Assembly: GCA_009377635.1 (NCBI GenBank)
Contig: WHTR01000004.1
Span: 1,682-65,681 of the forward strand
DNA: 64,000 bases
Direction: 5' to 3'
From: Chloroflexota bacterium
Lineage (GTDB): Bacteria; Chloroflexota; UBA6077; SHYK01
Shown here: in pieces, positions 1-8,276 of the stretch
Layout of the letters: each line of letters opens with the position of its first letter
How positions within the stretch are numbered: the first letter of the stretch is position 1
Program-made: the position numbers and the translations under genes
Notes under the pieces: model-generated
Told to the model about the DNA's origin: nothing
What the model saw: the letters and a program-made list of their open reading frames with translations, nothing else
Databases searched by the model: none

Positions 1-1514
1 AGGTAGTACTCCTGGCCGAGGTGCGTGATCTGCTCCTCGCCCATGAGCCAGCGGAGCGTGTTCTTCAGCTTCGTCTGCTGGATGAACAGGTCGTGCTCTG
101 GGTATACGGACGGCGCGTGCTGGGGGCTTTTGAAATAGAAGGAGAGCCATTCCTGGATGCCGTGCATCCCTGCCCGTTGGGCCAGATCCAGCAACAGCGT
201 CAGATCGAGGACCAAGGGCGCCGCCAGGATCGAGTCCCGGCAGAGAAAATCGATCTTGATCTGCATCGGATAGCCAAGCCATCCGAAGATATCGACGTTG
301 TCCCAACCCTCCTTGCTGTCGCCCCGCGGCGGGTAGTAGTTGATCCGGACCTTGTGGTAGAGGTCGCCGTAGAGCGCCGGATACAGCTCCGGCTGTAGGA
401 TGTGCTCCAGCACGCCGAGCTTTGACTCCTCCTTGGTCCGGAAGCTCTCCGGGTCATCCAGAACCTCGCCGTCACGGTTGCCCAGGATGTTGGTCGAGTA
501 CCAGCCGCGAACGCCGAGCATACGCGCCTTCAGCATCGGAGAGATCACCGTTTTCATGAGGGTCTGGCCCGTCTTGAAGTCCTTCCCACAGATCGGCACG
601 ATGCGCTCATTCGCCAGCTCAACCATGGCACGAATGTCAACCGTCAGGTTAGGGGCGCCGTTCGCGAAGGGCATGCCCTCCATCAGCGCCGCATACGCAT
701 AGACCATCGATGGCGCAATGCTCTGGTCGTTGGTGTCGAGGCCGTCCTCGAACGCCTCGAGGTCCAAGTGGACCGGTCCTTCCTCGAGGAAGGCCTCCGT
801 GGACGCACACCAGACCATTACCAGGCGGTCGCATCGGTGCCCGGCCTTGAAGTCCCGGATGTCCTGCCGGATCGCCTCGGCGAGCTCGCGCTTCGTCTTC
901 CCACGCTTGACATTCGGTCCGTCCAGTCTCTTGACGTACTCGTTGCCGAACACGGACGGCATCGGTTCGATGCTCTTGAGGAAGTCCGCGATCGGCTCGA
1001 GGTGCTCGTGGCGATCGAGCACGCCGGCCTTCAGCGCGGCCTCGTAGGCGTTGTCCGGGAAGAGGTCCCAGGCGCCGAACACGAGCTGATCGAGGCCGGC
1101 CAGGGGAACGAAATCCCGGATCAGGGGCGTGCGGTTCTCCGTACGCTTCCCCAGGCGGATCGTGCCCATCTGCGTCACGGAGCCGATGGGTTGTCCGTTG
1201 CCACGCCGGACATGCTCGACGCCGGCAATGAAGGTGGACGCCACGGCACCGAGGCCGACGAGAAGCACGCCGATGCGGCCGTCAGCGGGTGCAATGGCGG
1301 GGGGCGGCGACTCAACGAAGTCCTTCGGTTCCAAGACCAATCCTTTCTCCCGGGCGAGCGACATGAGTCGCTGATGCCAGTGTGCCGGAATACGGCCGGT
1401 GCGGGCCCAGTGCTCGACCGTGCTCTGGCGGCGGCTCAGGTGGCGAGCAAGCATGCTCTGGCCACCGAAGCGGTGAATGATGCGGCGGGCCGGCGAAGGG
1501 TAGCCACCGTTCAT
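1..1514 (-). CDS. ino1: myo-inositol-1-phosphate synthase (archaeal/Thermotoga-type), 3' end off-window, with N-terminal Cro/YdaS-like HTH extension
   Basis: This edge-truncated ORF is missing from the supplied track because it has no stop in the window. My reverse-strand translation reads GRIGVLLVGLGAVASTFIAG...VMVWCASTEAF...GKDFKTGQT...NILGNRDG...GWLGYPMQIKIDFLCRDSILAAPLVLDL, typical of MIPS. An in-frame ATG at 1514 adds about 50 aa (RIIHRFGGQSMLARHLSRRQSTVEHWARTGRIPAHWHQRLMSLAREKGL). The alternative start is ATG 1364. Confidence 0.85.
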   Translation of the reverse strand, partial: MNGGYPSPARRIIHRFGGQSMLARHLSRRQSTVEHWARTGRIPAHWHQRLMSLAREKGLVLEPKDFVESPPPAIAPADGRIGVLLVGLGAVASTFIAGVEHVRRGNGQPIGSVTQMGTIRLGKRTENRTPLIRDFVPLAGLDQLVFGAWDLFPDNAYEAALKAGVLDRHEHLEPIADFLKSIEPMPSVFGNEYVKRLDGPNVKRGKTKRELAEAIRQDIRDFKAGHRCDRLVMVWCASTEAFLEEGPVHLDLEAFEDGLDTNDQSIAPSMVYAYAALMEGMPFANGAPNLTVDIRAMVELANERIVPICGKDFKTGQTLMKTVISPMLKARMLGVRGWYSTNILGNRDGEVLDDPESFRTKEESKLGVLEHILQPELYPALYGDLYHKVRINYYPPRGDSKEGWDNVDIFGWLGYPMQIKIDFLCRDSILAAPLVLDLTLLLDLAQRAGMHGIQEWLSFYFKSPQHAPSVYPEHDLFIQQTKLKNTLRWLMGEEQITHLGQEYY

Positions 1515-1583
1515 GCGGGTAAGTGTAACGAAAAAGCCGTTACTTGTCGACCGTGCTCGGGCCTCCTCGTAGCCGAGTCACGC

Positions 1584-1618
1584 GACCGGGCGGGTGCAGG
1601 CTCTGCACCCGCCCGGTC
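1584..1618. terminator. GC-rich hairpin with perfect 16-nt arms, no U-tract
   Basis: GACCGGGCGGGTGCAG-gct-CTGCACCCGCCCGGTC lies in the gap between the BNR gene stop and the ino1 start. It may be a factor-independent terminator or a REP-like hairpin. Confidence 0.3.
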
Positions 1619-1784
1619 GGCTCCCGAATCCGCGAGTACTGTGAGGCGATTGTATGCTGGCGGATGAGTTTTGGGTCAGCAAACCTGGTCAACTGAAGCA
1701 TCCTATATTGGCTCACTCCGGCGGAGAACGAGAGCGAAGCGGAGCGGGAGGAGCAAACCATCGACGCTCTTGCGCTAAGGTGTA

Positions 1785-2840
1785 CTAGTCCGGGGCCGCC
1801 CAGAGCGCCCGGACAGCGGGAAGATCGAGCTCCAGGCGGGTCCAGCTATCACCTCGGTTCCGGGTCATCAGCGCGCTGCCGGGCCCGTTCTCGAAGCCCG
1901 GCCGAAGATACATCTTGCCAAGACCGAAGAAAGCTCCGTCGTCGTCCAGCGGGTGCTTGACGAAGCCCCAGATCGCCTCTTCGATGAGATCGGGAAGGCC
2001 CTCGCCCACTCGCTCCCAGGAGCGAGCCCCGTCTCGACTGCGAAAGACCGCACCTTCTGCGTGGCCGGGTTCCTCCCAGGAGCCCGGCGACTTGTCCGCG
2101 GTGGCGCACAGCAGCGTCGGGCTCGGCTCGCTCGGTCTGGGCGGGAGGAACAAGAAATCATGGAAGTAGTCGCGCGTGCACCCGTTCTCCGCGCGCACCC
2201 ACCCGTCCGCCGGGTCCTGGCTCGTGTAGAAGCCGCGAGCCGATGAAACGTAGTATCGATCCGCATCGCCCGGTATCGACTCGATATGGTGGATATCCAG
2301 GTAGTCGATGCCGCCGCTCACATCCTCCCAGGTTTCGCCGCGATCGCGGCTGCGGATGATCCCCCCGTGCTCGAGACCCACGTAGATGATCCGCGGGTTC
2401 TCGGGATGGACGTAGATGGAGAGCGCGTGGCCCTCGTGCGGTGAAAGCGGGAACCACCACTCCTTGCGCACCGCGAGCGGCAACGTCTGGATCGCGTCTA
2501 GCTCGTCCCACGTGTCGCCGGCGTCCTCACTGCGGAAGAGCCGCACCGGCTCAGTGCCCGCGTAAACGACGCGGTCGTCGGTCGGGTCGAGCGTCACGGA
2601 TCGGACGTCGCGATCGAGCCCGCGCGGGCGCTCCGGGTTGGGAACGCGATCCGTGTGCGCAAAGAGCACAAAGAAGAAGTCACCCAGGTTGACGCCGGTG
2701 TGCGGGCCACCAAGGTCGTCGGTCGTCAAGCTGTTCCAGTGGCCAACGTGGGCGCCGAACACCTTCTCCCAGAACTCGACACCCTCGCGTACGTCGGGGA
2801 CACTGAAACCACAGTGGTCGAGAATCTCTACGTCTGCCAT
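1785..2840 (-). CDS. BNR/Asp-box repeat beta-propeller protein with VOC (glyoxalase-like) N-terminal module
   Basis: 351-aa ORF with four Asp-box motifs (SEDAGDTW, SRDRGETW, SRDGARSW, NRGDSW). The first ~60 aa (ILDHCGFSVPDVREGVEFWEKVFG) resemble one beta-alpha-beta-beta-beta VOC module. Confidence 0.75.
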   Translation of the reverse strand: MADVEILDHCGFSVPDVREGVEFWEKVFGAHVGHWNSLTTDDLGGPHTGVNLGDFFFVLFAHTDRVPNPERPRGLDRDVRSVTLDPTDDRVVYAGTEPVRLFRSEDAGDTWDELDAIQTLPLAVRKEWWFPLSPHEGHALSIYVHPENPRIIYVGLEHGGIIRSRDRGETWEDVSGGIDYLDIHHIESIPGDADRYYVSSARGFYTSQDPADGWVRAENGCTRDYFHDFLFLPPRPSEPSPTLLCATADKSPGSWEEPGHAEGAVFRSRDGARSWERVGEGLPDLIEEAIWGFVKHPLDDDGAFFGLGKMYLRPGFENGPGSALMTRNRGDSWTRLELDLPAVRALWAAPD

Positions 2841-2893
2841 CGTACACCCCCGAAGGGTTTTAGGATGCCCCCTCCTCCCTTGCCGGGGAGCGT

Positions 2894-3160
2894 TTGAGTG
2901 GGGGGTACGGCCTACTTCGTCGCCCCTGGCGCGACCGCCTGCCGCCCGTGGAGCTGGTTGGAAGGTTCCGGTACCTTGGCAGCTTCGTTCGCTACGAGTA
3001 CGACCCGCGCAAGGCGATCCAGCTCCTGGAGGGCCTTGGCCGCGCCCGCGGCTCCGACGGCTTCTTTCTCGACACCACCGTCCAGCGGCTGTCGGTCGAG
3101 GTTATCGGCGCCGGCGGCGAGGCGAACCTGAAATCCGTTCCTATCGTCGCCGATTTCCTC
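2894..3160 (+). pseudogene. internal fragment of a family-5 (peptide/nickel type) ABC substrate-binding protein
   Basis: YEYDPRKAIQLLEGLGRARGSDGFFLDTTVQRLSVEVIGAGGEANLKSVPIVADF parallels YPYDPQRAAQLIADLGFTRGSDGLFRDAANRELQVQAWTAGGSD in the intact SBP at 57241-58899. The fragment has no N- or C-terminal parts and abuts the ferredoxin gene on the opposite strand. Confidence 0.55.
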
Positions 3161-3164
3161 CTCG

Positions 3165-3356
3165 CTATTCGTCAGCCAGCGCGATGGCGTTCGTAGGGCA
3201 ATCATGCGCCGCGCGCTCGACCTCAGCACGGAGGCTCTCGTTCGGCCGGATCGTCAGCAAGACTGGCTTTGGGCCCATCATGCGAAAGACCGCCGGGCAA
3301 GCCTCCGCGCAGGCGCCATGCCCCTCACACACCTCGTAACGAACGGAAACGCGCAC
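3165..3356 (-). CDS. small single-cluster ferredoxin (3Fe-4S/4Fe-4S type)
   Basis: 63 aa with the Cys pattern CEGHGACAEACP...DCP (CxxHxxC(x)3CP plus a distal CP), as in oxygenase- and P450-associated ferredoxins. It sits next to a Rieske oxygenase gene. Confidence 0.8.
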   Translation of the reverse strand: MRVSVRYEVCEGHGACAEACPAVFRMMGPKPVLLTIRPNESLRAEVERAAHDCPTNAIALADE

Positions 3357-3376
3357 CGAGCTACCAGCCAGCGAAG

Positions 3377-3841
3377 CTACTTGAACTCGTAGGACACGCT
3401 GTCTGGTTCGTTGTAGTGGAAGTCGGAGCCGGATTGTTCCACGTTGCTCGCGAGGTCAACGAGCACGGCGTGAGCGCTGATGCCCTGGAACGCGTGCGCC
3501 ACGAGCGGCGGCACCTGCAGGAACGTGACGTCCCCGCCCTGCGCGGTAAGCTCGATCTCTTCGACCTGTCCTCTCGTCGGTGACCCATCGCGCATGTCGT
3601 AGAGGACGACGCGCGCGGAGCCCGAGATCGTGGCCATCGTGTCGGTGCCCTGCTTGTGGTAGTGGAACGGGCGGACGGCGGCGCGGTTGAGCGTCATCAA
3701 AAGCAGGTCGCCGTAGCCCACGAACCAGTCTTTGTCGGACGAGACGTACCCGGCTCCGCCCATCATTCCCCCCTCGTCGGCGAAGCCCCGCGCCACGCGC
3801 GTCCGCACGCCATCGATCTTTGCGGCTGCTGTCTGTGCCAA
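3377..3841 (-). CDS. cupin-fold protein (WxcM/FdtA sugar-ketoisomerase-like)
   Basis: 154 aa with TTG start and a GGAGG 7 nt upstream. The motif RPFHYHKQGTDTMATISGSARVVLYD resembles the FdtA/WxcM cupin core. Confidence 0.65.
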   Translation of the reverse strand: MAQTAAAKIDGVRTRVARGFADEGGMMGGAGYVSSDKDWFVGYGDLLLMTLNRAAVRPFHYHKQGTDTMATISGSARVVLYDMRDGSPTRGQVEEIELTAQGGDVTFLQVPPLVAHAFQGISAHAVLVDLASNVEQSGSDFHYNEPDSVSYEFK

Positions 3842-5213
3842 TTGTGCGCCTCCTCTGGAGTGTTGAGCTTAGGACTTTGGTCGCGCCGGCTCGAAAAATC
3901 GGGCAGCATTCTCTCCGAGGCTGCCGAGCCCAGCCCTTCCCGCTGACGAGCTCGGCCCAGTGGCGATAGAAGTTGCGCTGGCAGGTGTCGCTGAAGAAGG
4001 GGCCGACGCGACCGGGCAGGTCCGCGTTCCGCTCCTCCTCGTGGCCGAGGCCCATCTGGTAGTTGAGGGGTACCCGACGGCAGGCGACGCCCCTGCTGTT
4101 CTGAGTGGCCTGCATCCAGTTGTCGGCGTCATCCTGCTCCCACGTGCCCCCCGGCGAAAAGCGCCGGAGACAGTGGAGTCGGATCGCCTCGCGCACTTCT
4201 GGGGGAGCGGACCGCTCTACCAAACACCACGCCCACACCTCCATCTTGTCCGGCCCCTTCGGGTGCCACACCCGGAGCGTCCGCGTGCCAAACAGAAACG
4301 AGAGCGTCGGGAACACCGTGCCGTGAACAGGGGCCATCATGCGCGCCCGCACGCGGCCGAGTCGTCGCTCGGTCTCGGGCAGGATCGACTCATAGTAGTC
4401 GGCGATTGTTGGGATGCTGCCGACGCGACCATCGCCGTCGGGCCACCAGCCGCTTCCCAGTCCATGCCCGCCAGGCAGCGCGATTTGGTAGCCCCTTTGG
4501 GCTCCGGTGTAGCCTGGCCCACTACTCTGGCCGCCTCCTCCGAAGCCCACCTGGAACGCCGAGGCATGCGTCAGCCCCCCGTGATACATGTCGCCGACGA
4601 AATTCTCTGCCGCGAGCTTCCAGTTCGCGCTCACCACCCACTTCTGAACCGGGCCGATCACCTCGGTGCCGCCGTCCTGCCGATCGAGCATGATATCGAG
4701 GTACCAGGCCATGTCGCCAAGATAGTCGATGAGCGACGGCGCATCAGGGTCGAGGTTGCCGAGAATCAGCCCCTTATAAGTCTCGACGCGTGGCACCGCA
4801 ATGAGCCCCCACGCGTCCCTGTCGAGCTCCTCGAACCAGAACTCCTTATAGGACGGAACGCCCATCAGCTTGCCCTCGTTGGAGTAGGACCAGCCGTGGT
4901 ACGTGCAGGTGAAGTTCGTCGTGCGGCCGGCATCGAGGCGGCATACGCGGTTGCCGCGGTGGCGACAGGTATTGAGGAACGCGCGAGCCGCGCCATCCGC
5001 GCCGCGCACCACGATCCCCGAATCCTCGCCCATGTAGGTGGTGAAAAAGTCGCCGGGCTGCTCGAGCTGACTCTCGTGCGCCAGGTACAGCCACGCATGG
5101 GCGAAGACCCGCTCCTGCTCCAGCTCATAGAGCATCGGATCGGAGAACACACGTCGATCCATGAGTCCGTTCTCGACATCGACCAGGCTTTGGACGTCCG
5201 TCGCTACCATCAT
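3456..5213 (-). CDS. aromatic ring-hydroxylating (Rieske) oxygenase alpha subunit; 3' end probably frameshifted
   Basis: Rieske motif CRHRGNRVC...CTYHGWSY, followed by a catalytic domain up to ...QRNFYRHWAELVSGK. After about aa 428 the frame becomes Arg-rich nonsense and overlaps the cupin gene by ~385 nt. The +1 frame gives ...GLGSLGENAARFFEPARPKS and stops at 3869, which is the natural spacing before the cupin RBS. Confidence 0.8.
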   Translation of the reverse strand: MMVATDVQSLVDVENGLMDRRVFSDPMLYELEQERVFAHAWLYLAHESQLEQPGDFFTTYMGEDSGIVVRGADGAARAFLNTCRHRGNRVCRLDAGRTTNFTCTYHGWSYSNEGKLMGVPSYKEFWFEELDRDAWGLIAVPRVETYKGLILGNLDPDAPSLIDYLGDMAWYLDIMLDRQDGGTEVIGPVQKWVVSANWKLAAENFVGDMYHGGLTHASAFQVGFGGGGQSSGPGYTGAQRGYQIALPGGHGLGSGWWPDGDGRVGSIPTIADYYESILPETERRLGRVRARMMAPVHGTVFPTLSFLFGTRTLRVWHPKGPDKMEVWAWCLVERSAPPEVREAIRLHCLRRFSPGGTWEQDDADNWMQATQNSRGVACRRVPLNYQMGLGHEEERNADLPGRVGPFFSDTCQRNFYRHWAELVSGKGWARQPRRECCPIFRAGATKVLSSTLQRRRTIGTDSSRKDRWRADARGAGLRRRGGNDGRSRVRLVRQRLVRGLRRPAFDDAQPRRRPPVPLPQAGHRHDGHDLGLRARRPLRHARWVTDERTGRRDRAYRAGRGRHVPAGAAARGARVPGHQRSRRAR

Positions 5214-5268
5214 TCCTTCCCTCGCCGGTGCCCTCGCGGTCGCCTGGTTACTGTTCGAAGCCGGCTGG

Positions 5269-6138
5269 TCAAGCCGGGGCCTGCACGGGCAACTCGTGCC
5301 GCTGGTGGCCCCAGATGCTCGGTTGGTCGAGCTGGGTCACCGTCCAGGTTGAATCGTCCACTAGGCGGCCGCCGTAACCGTACTCGATCTGAAACCCCGA
5401 CGGCGACTGCATGTAGAACGAGTACATCCAGTCGTTGCTGTGCCGACCGAGCTCCATGCCGATGGGGATCTGTCGCTCTCGGACCAGGTCGTAGTTGAGC
5501 CCGACATCGTCAAAGCTCTTCGCCTCCAGCATGATGTGGTGGAGCCCTCGACCAGGACCCATGCTCCCGAACGCGATGCTGTGATGCCGGGCGTTGCAGT
5601 GCAGGAAAATCAAGCTGTCCATGAAGTAGTCGCTGATCCGAAAGCCGAGCACCTTCGTATAGAATTCCGCGGCGGCCTGTGCTTCGGGCGTCCGCACCAC
5701 GACGTGCCCCATGCCGAGCTGGCCAGTGACGAACCCGCTGATCGGGCGCGTTGGCAGGAAGGGGACGCTATTGAACCGCTGGCCGTAGAACAGCTCGAGT
5801 GGCGACCCGGCTGCGTCCACGAACCGCAGCAAGCCGCGAACCTGGCGGCGAGCGCATTCCTCGTCGGTGCCCCGCTCGACGGCGATCCCCTGCCGCGCAA
5901 GCTCGTCCGACGCTTGTTCAAGGGCTGGCTCGTTCGGGACCTCCCACCCGAGATACGCGAGTCCGTCTCGGTTCCCGGGATGAACAGCGATCCGATAGAC
6001 ACGGTCGTCCATGCGGAGGAGAACTGCGCCATCCTGGGCCTCCGTCGCGCGGAGACCGAGGACCTCCTCGGCGAACGAGGCCCACTGCTGCGTGTCCTTC
6101 GTCTCCACGCCGACGTAACCTAGGGCCAATATCTGCAT
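5269..6138 (-). CDS. type I extradiol dioxygenase (BphC/catechol 2,3-dioxygenase family, two VOC domains)
   Basis: 289 aa. LGYVGVETKD..., GMGHVVVRTPE, FLHCNARHHSIAF and HIMLE are typical of 2,3-dihydroxybiphenyl-type extradiol dioxygenases. Confidence 0.85.
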   Translation of the reverse strand: MQILALGYVGVETKDTQQWASFAEEVLGLRATEAQDGAVLLRMDDRVYRIAVHPGNRDGLAYLGWEVPNEPALEQASDELARQGIAVERGTDEECARRQVRGLLRFVDAAGSPLELFYGQRFNSVPFLPTRPISGFVTGQLGMGHVVVRTPEAQAAAEFYTKVLGFRISDYFMDSLIFLHCNARHHSIAFGSMGPGRGLHHIMLEAKSFDDVGLNYDLVRERQIPIGMELGRHSNDWMYSFYMQSPSGFQIEYGYGGRLVDDSTWTVTQLDQPSIWGHQRHELPVQAPA

Positions 6139-6162
6139 GCCGAACCTCTCTCTGCCGCTTCG

Positions 6163-6591
6163 CTACCCCTGCTCGCGAGGTAGGCTCGCCAGCAGATTTC
6201 GAATGGTTTCCGAAGGCGCCGTGTAATCGATACGCCGGTCGTCAACGTTCGGGGCTTTGGCGCCGAAGCGCAGGATAACCAGCGGCTCGCTCCCGACGCT
6301 TTCGAACCAATAGGGGGCGCCCCGAGGAACCAGCACTCCTTCGTGGCGTTGGAGCGTGGCAACCTCGTGGTCGCGTTCCGTGTAGAACCTCGCCTCGCCT
6401 TCCAGCACGAACCAGATTTCGTCCTGTCCCGTGTGCGCGTGCAGATTGTTCTCGCCGCCTCCCGCGATGACCTGAACGGAGCCGTTGATGAGATCGCTCT
6501 GCGCCAAGAACGCGTGCGTCTTTCCGCTCTCGATCCGTTTCGGCTGCACCGCGAAGACCTGAAAGCCAGCCGTGTTGTTTTCCACGGTCAT
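6163..6591 (-). CDS. cupin domain protein
   Basis: Cupin motifs (GENNLHAHTGQDEIWFVLEGEA...VLVPRGAPYWF). I prefer the ATG at 6591 because AAGGAGG sits just upstream. The track ORF starts 12 nt earlier at a TTG. Confidence 0.7.
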   Translation of the reverse strand: MTVENNTAGFQVFAVQPKRIESGKTHAFLAQSDLINGSVQVIAGGGENNLHAHTGQDEIWFVLEGEARFYTERDHEVATLQRHEGVLVPRGAPYWFESVGSEPLVILRFGAKAPNVDDRRIDYTAPSETIRNLLASLPREQG

Positions 6592-7322
6592 GCCTCCTTG
6601 CAACGTAACGCTCCAGTGGAGATTCTACCGCTCACGCGCAGATTTCACCGGTCACATTGTAGTGGGCGAAGTCCAGCGGGCGTATGCGCATCCGACTTTC
6701 GCCGGTCGCAGTCACGGCAACGTGGATGGTCGTCTCGTTCCCCTTCAGCGCCGTCGCCACCTGGCCGAGGTCCAGCAGGTCAACCTGGACCCAGCGGCTT
6801 CCCTGCACCCGTCGCGGGCCGGCGGTGTCGAGCACCGTGCCTCGTGATCACCCTGCTGGAAAAGCTTCCGATCGGTTGACCGTGATTCTACTCGCTCACC
6901 TGGCTGGCGTCGCGTGTGTCGTCTTTCCAAACCCCGGCGGACCCCCGATGAAGATCAACATTGCCGCGGCTTTCACTCCTCGACCATTCTCGGCGGGATG
7001 GCGAGGCCACGCCGCCCATCAGTTCGTGACACGACGGTAGCCCTCGACGGGGCCGGTGCGCCGGGAGACGGCCCGTCCAGCGTCACGCAACCCTCGCTCC
7101 GTCAGCAGCGTCTGCGGCGACCATCCGGACACGGCAGGCCTTCCTATAGACCTGCAGAAAAGCTCACACCGACGCAACGCGAGCGCCTCGCCGCAATCGT
7201 CAAACTCCGCGACCTTGAACTGTAAGCGTTCACGCGGAGTCGGTCTGAAGGGGGCGGCGGAGATGGTGTGGTATTGTGTACTCCCAGCACGTCCTTGCTA
7301 CCTAATATCTTACGTCGCGTGC

Positions 7323-8150
7323 CTATAACCGACACCATGCGCCGCCGCCTACGCAGAGGATCTCACCCGTCGTAAACGAGGCATCGTCGGACGCCAGGAA
7401 CGTCACCGCGGCTGCGATCTCCTCCGGCCGCCCCGGGCGTGCAAGCGGGATCGGCGACAGGTGGGGATCGTCCCATTGTGGGACTCGCGCCGTGGTCGAC
7501 TGGACGGCGTCGCCGGTTCGACTGATCAGGACGTCCCCTGCGTCCCGCTCGCTCGTGTGTGGCACGACGCAGTTGACGCGGACCCCGTAAGGCGCAGCCT
7601 CCAAGGCGAGGCTCGTCGTGATGGCCATCACGCCGCCTTTCGCGGCTGCATAGCCCATGCGGAGGGTTCCCCTCACCGCATGAGACCCGAAGTTCACGAT
7701 CGCCCCCGACCTCTGCGCGATCAGCGCAGGCATGACCGCCTTGCAGCACCACAGGCAGGTCAGCAGGTTGTTCTGGATGTTGGCCATCAAGTCCTCAGGC
7801 GTCTGCTCCCAGAGCACTTTGCCCCCACGGATCGCGCCGCCGACATTATTGACGAGGATGTCGATGCGACGGAACCGTTCGATGGCGGCCTCCATGAGGT
7901 CCTGCGCCGTTTCCGAGCTGCTCAGGTCGGCGATGAAAAACTCGGCATCGACCCCAAAATCCCGCAGTTCGTTGCACGTCCGCTCAGCACCTGGTCGATA
8001 GCGATCGGCGATCATGACCGACGCGCCCTCCTGTGCCATACGGCGGGCAGTTGCGCGCCCGTGGCCCTGGCCACCACCGGTCACGATGGCGATCTTGTTT
8101 TCGAGTCGCCGCGCGCCTCTGGCGCGCGCATCGAGCACCGTCTCTGTCAT
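7323..8150 (-). CDS. short-chain dehydrogenase/reductase (SDR), possibly cis-diol dehydrogenase-like
   Basis: TGGGQGHG cofactor motif, NNVG and YAAAKGG (YxxxK). It is divergent from the hydrolase gene inside the aromatic cluster. Confidence 0.85.
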   Translation of the reverse strand: MTETVLDARARGARRLENKIAIVTGGGQGHGRATARRMAQEGASVMIADRYRPGAERTCNELRDFGVDAEFFIADLSSSETAQDLMEAAIERFRRIDILVNNVGGAIRGGKVLWEQTPEDLMANIQNNLLTCLWCCKAVMPALIAQRSGAIVNFGSHAVRGTLRMGYAAAKGGVMAITTSLALEAAPYGVRVNCVVPHTSERDAGDVLISRTGDAVQSTTARVPQWDDPHLSPIPLARPGRPEEIAAAVTFLASDDASFTTGEILCVGGGAWCRL

Positions 8151-8276
8151 TCTTCCTTCTCCCTCGTTACCCCTGGCGGCGTGGTCGCAATTCGATTTGA
8201 CAAGTCCCCGAGGCGGGCACTACCATGCGCCAGGCGGCTCTATGCTGCCACAAATGTACGGGCAGGGAGCAGATCA

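Noticed and set aside
3960-5498. 512-aa plus-strand ORF, one of many long ORFs: 7461-8276 (5' part of the 598-aa ORF), 9336-10298(-), 12323-13642(+), 34833-35957(+), 54846-55823(+), 56082-57275(+), 59191-60159(-), 60686-61318(+) and 30159-31127(+).
   Set aside because: Each lies antisense to, or out of frame with, a gene that has clear family motifs. Their products are Arg/Pro/Ala/Gly-rich low-complexity strings with no recognisable motifs and no RBS. These are typical shadow ORFs of high-GC DNA.
6632-6835. 67-aa minus-strand ORF just upstream of the cupin gene (…IHVAVTATGESRMRIRPLDFAHYNVTGEICA).
   Set aside because: No start-proximal RBS and no recognisable family. It begins right after an in-frame TGA. 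It could be real, but I cannot support it.
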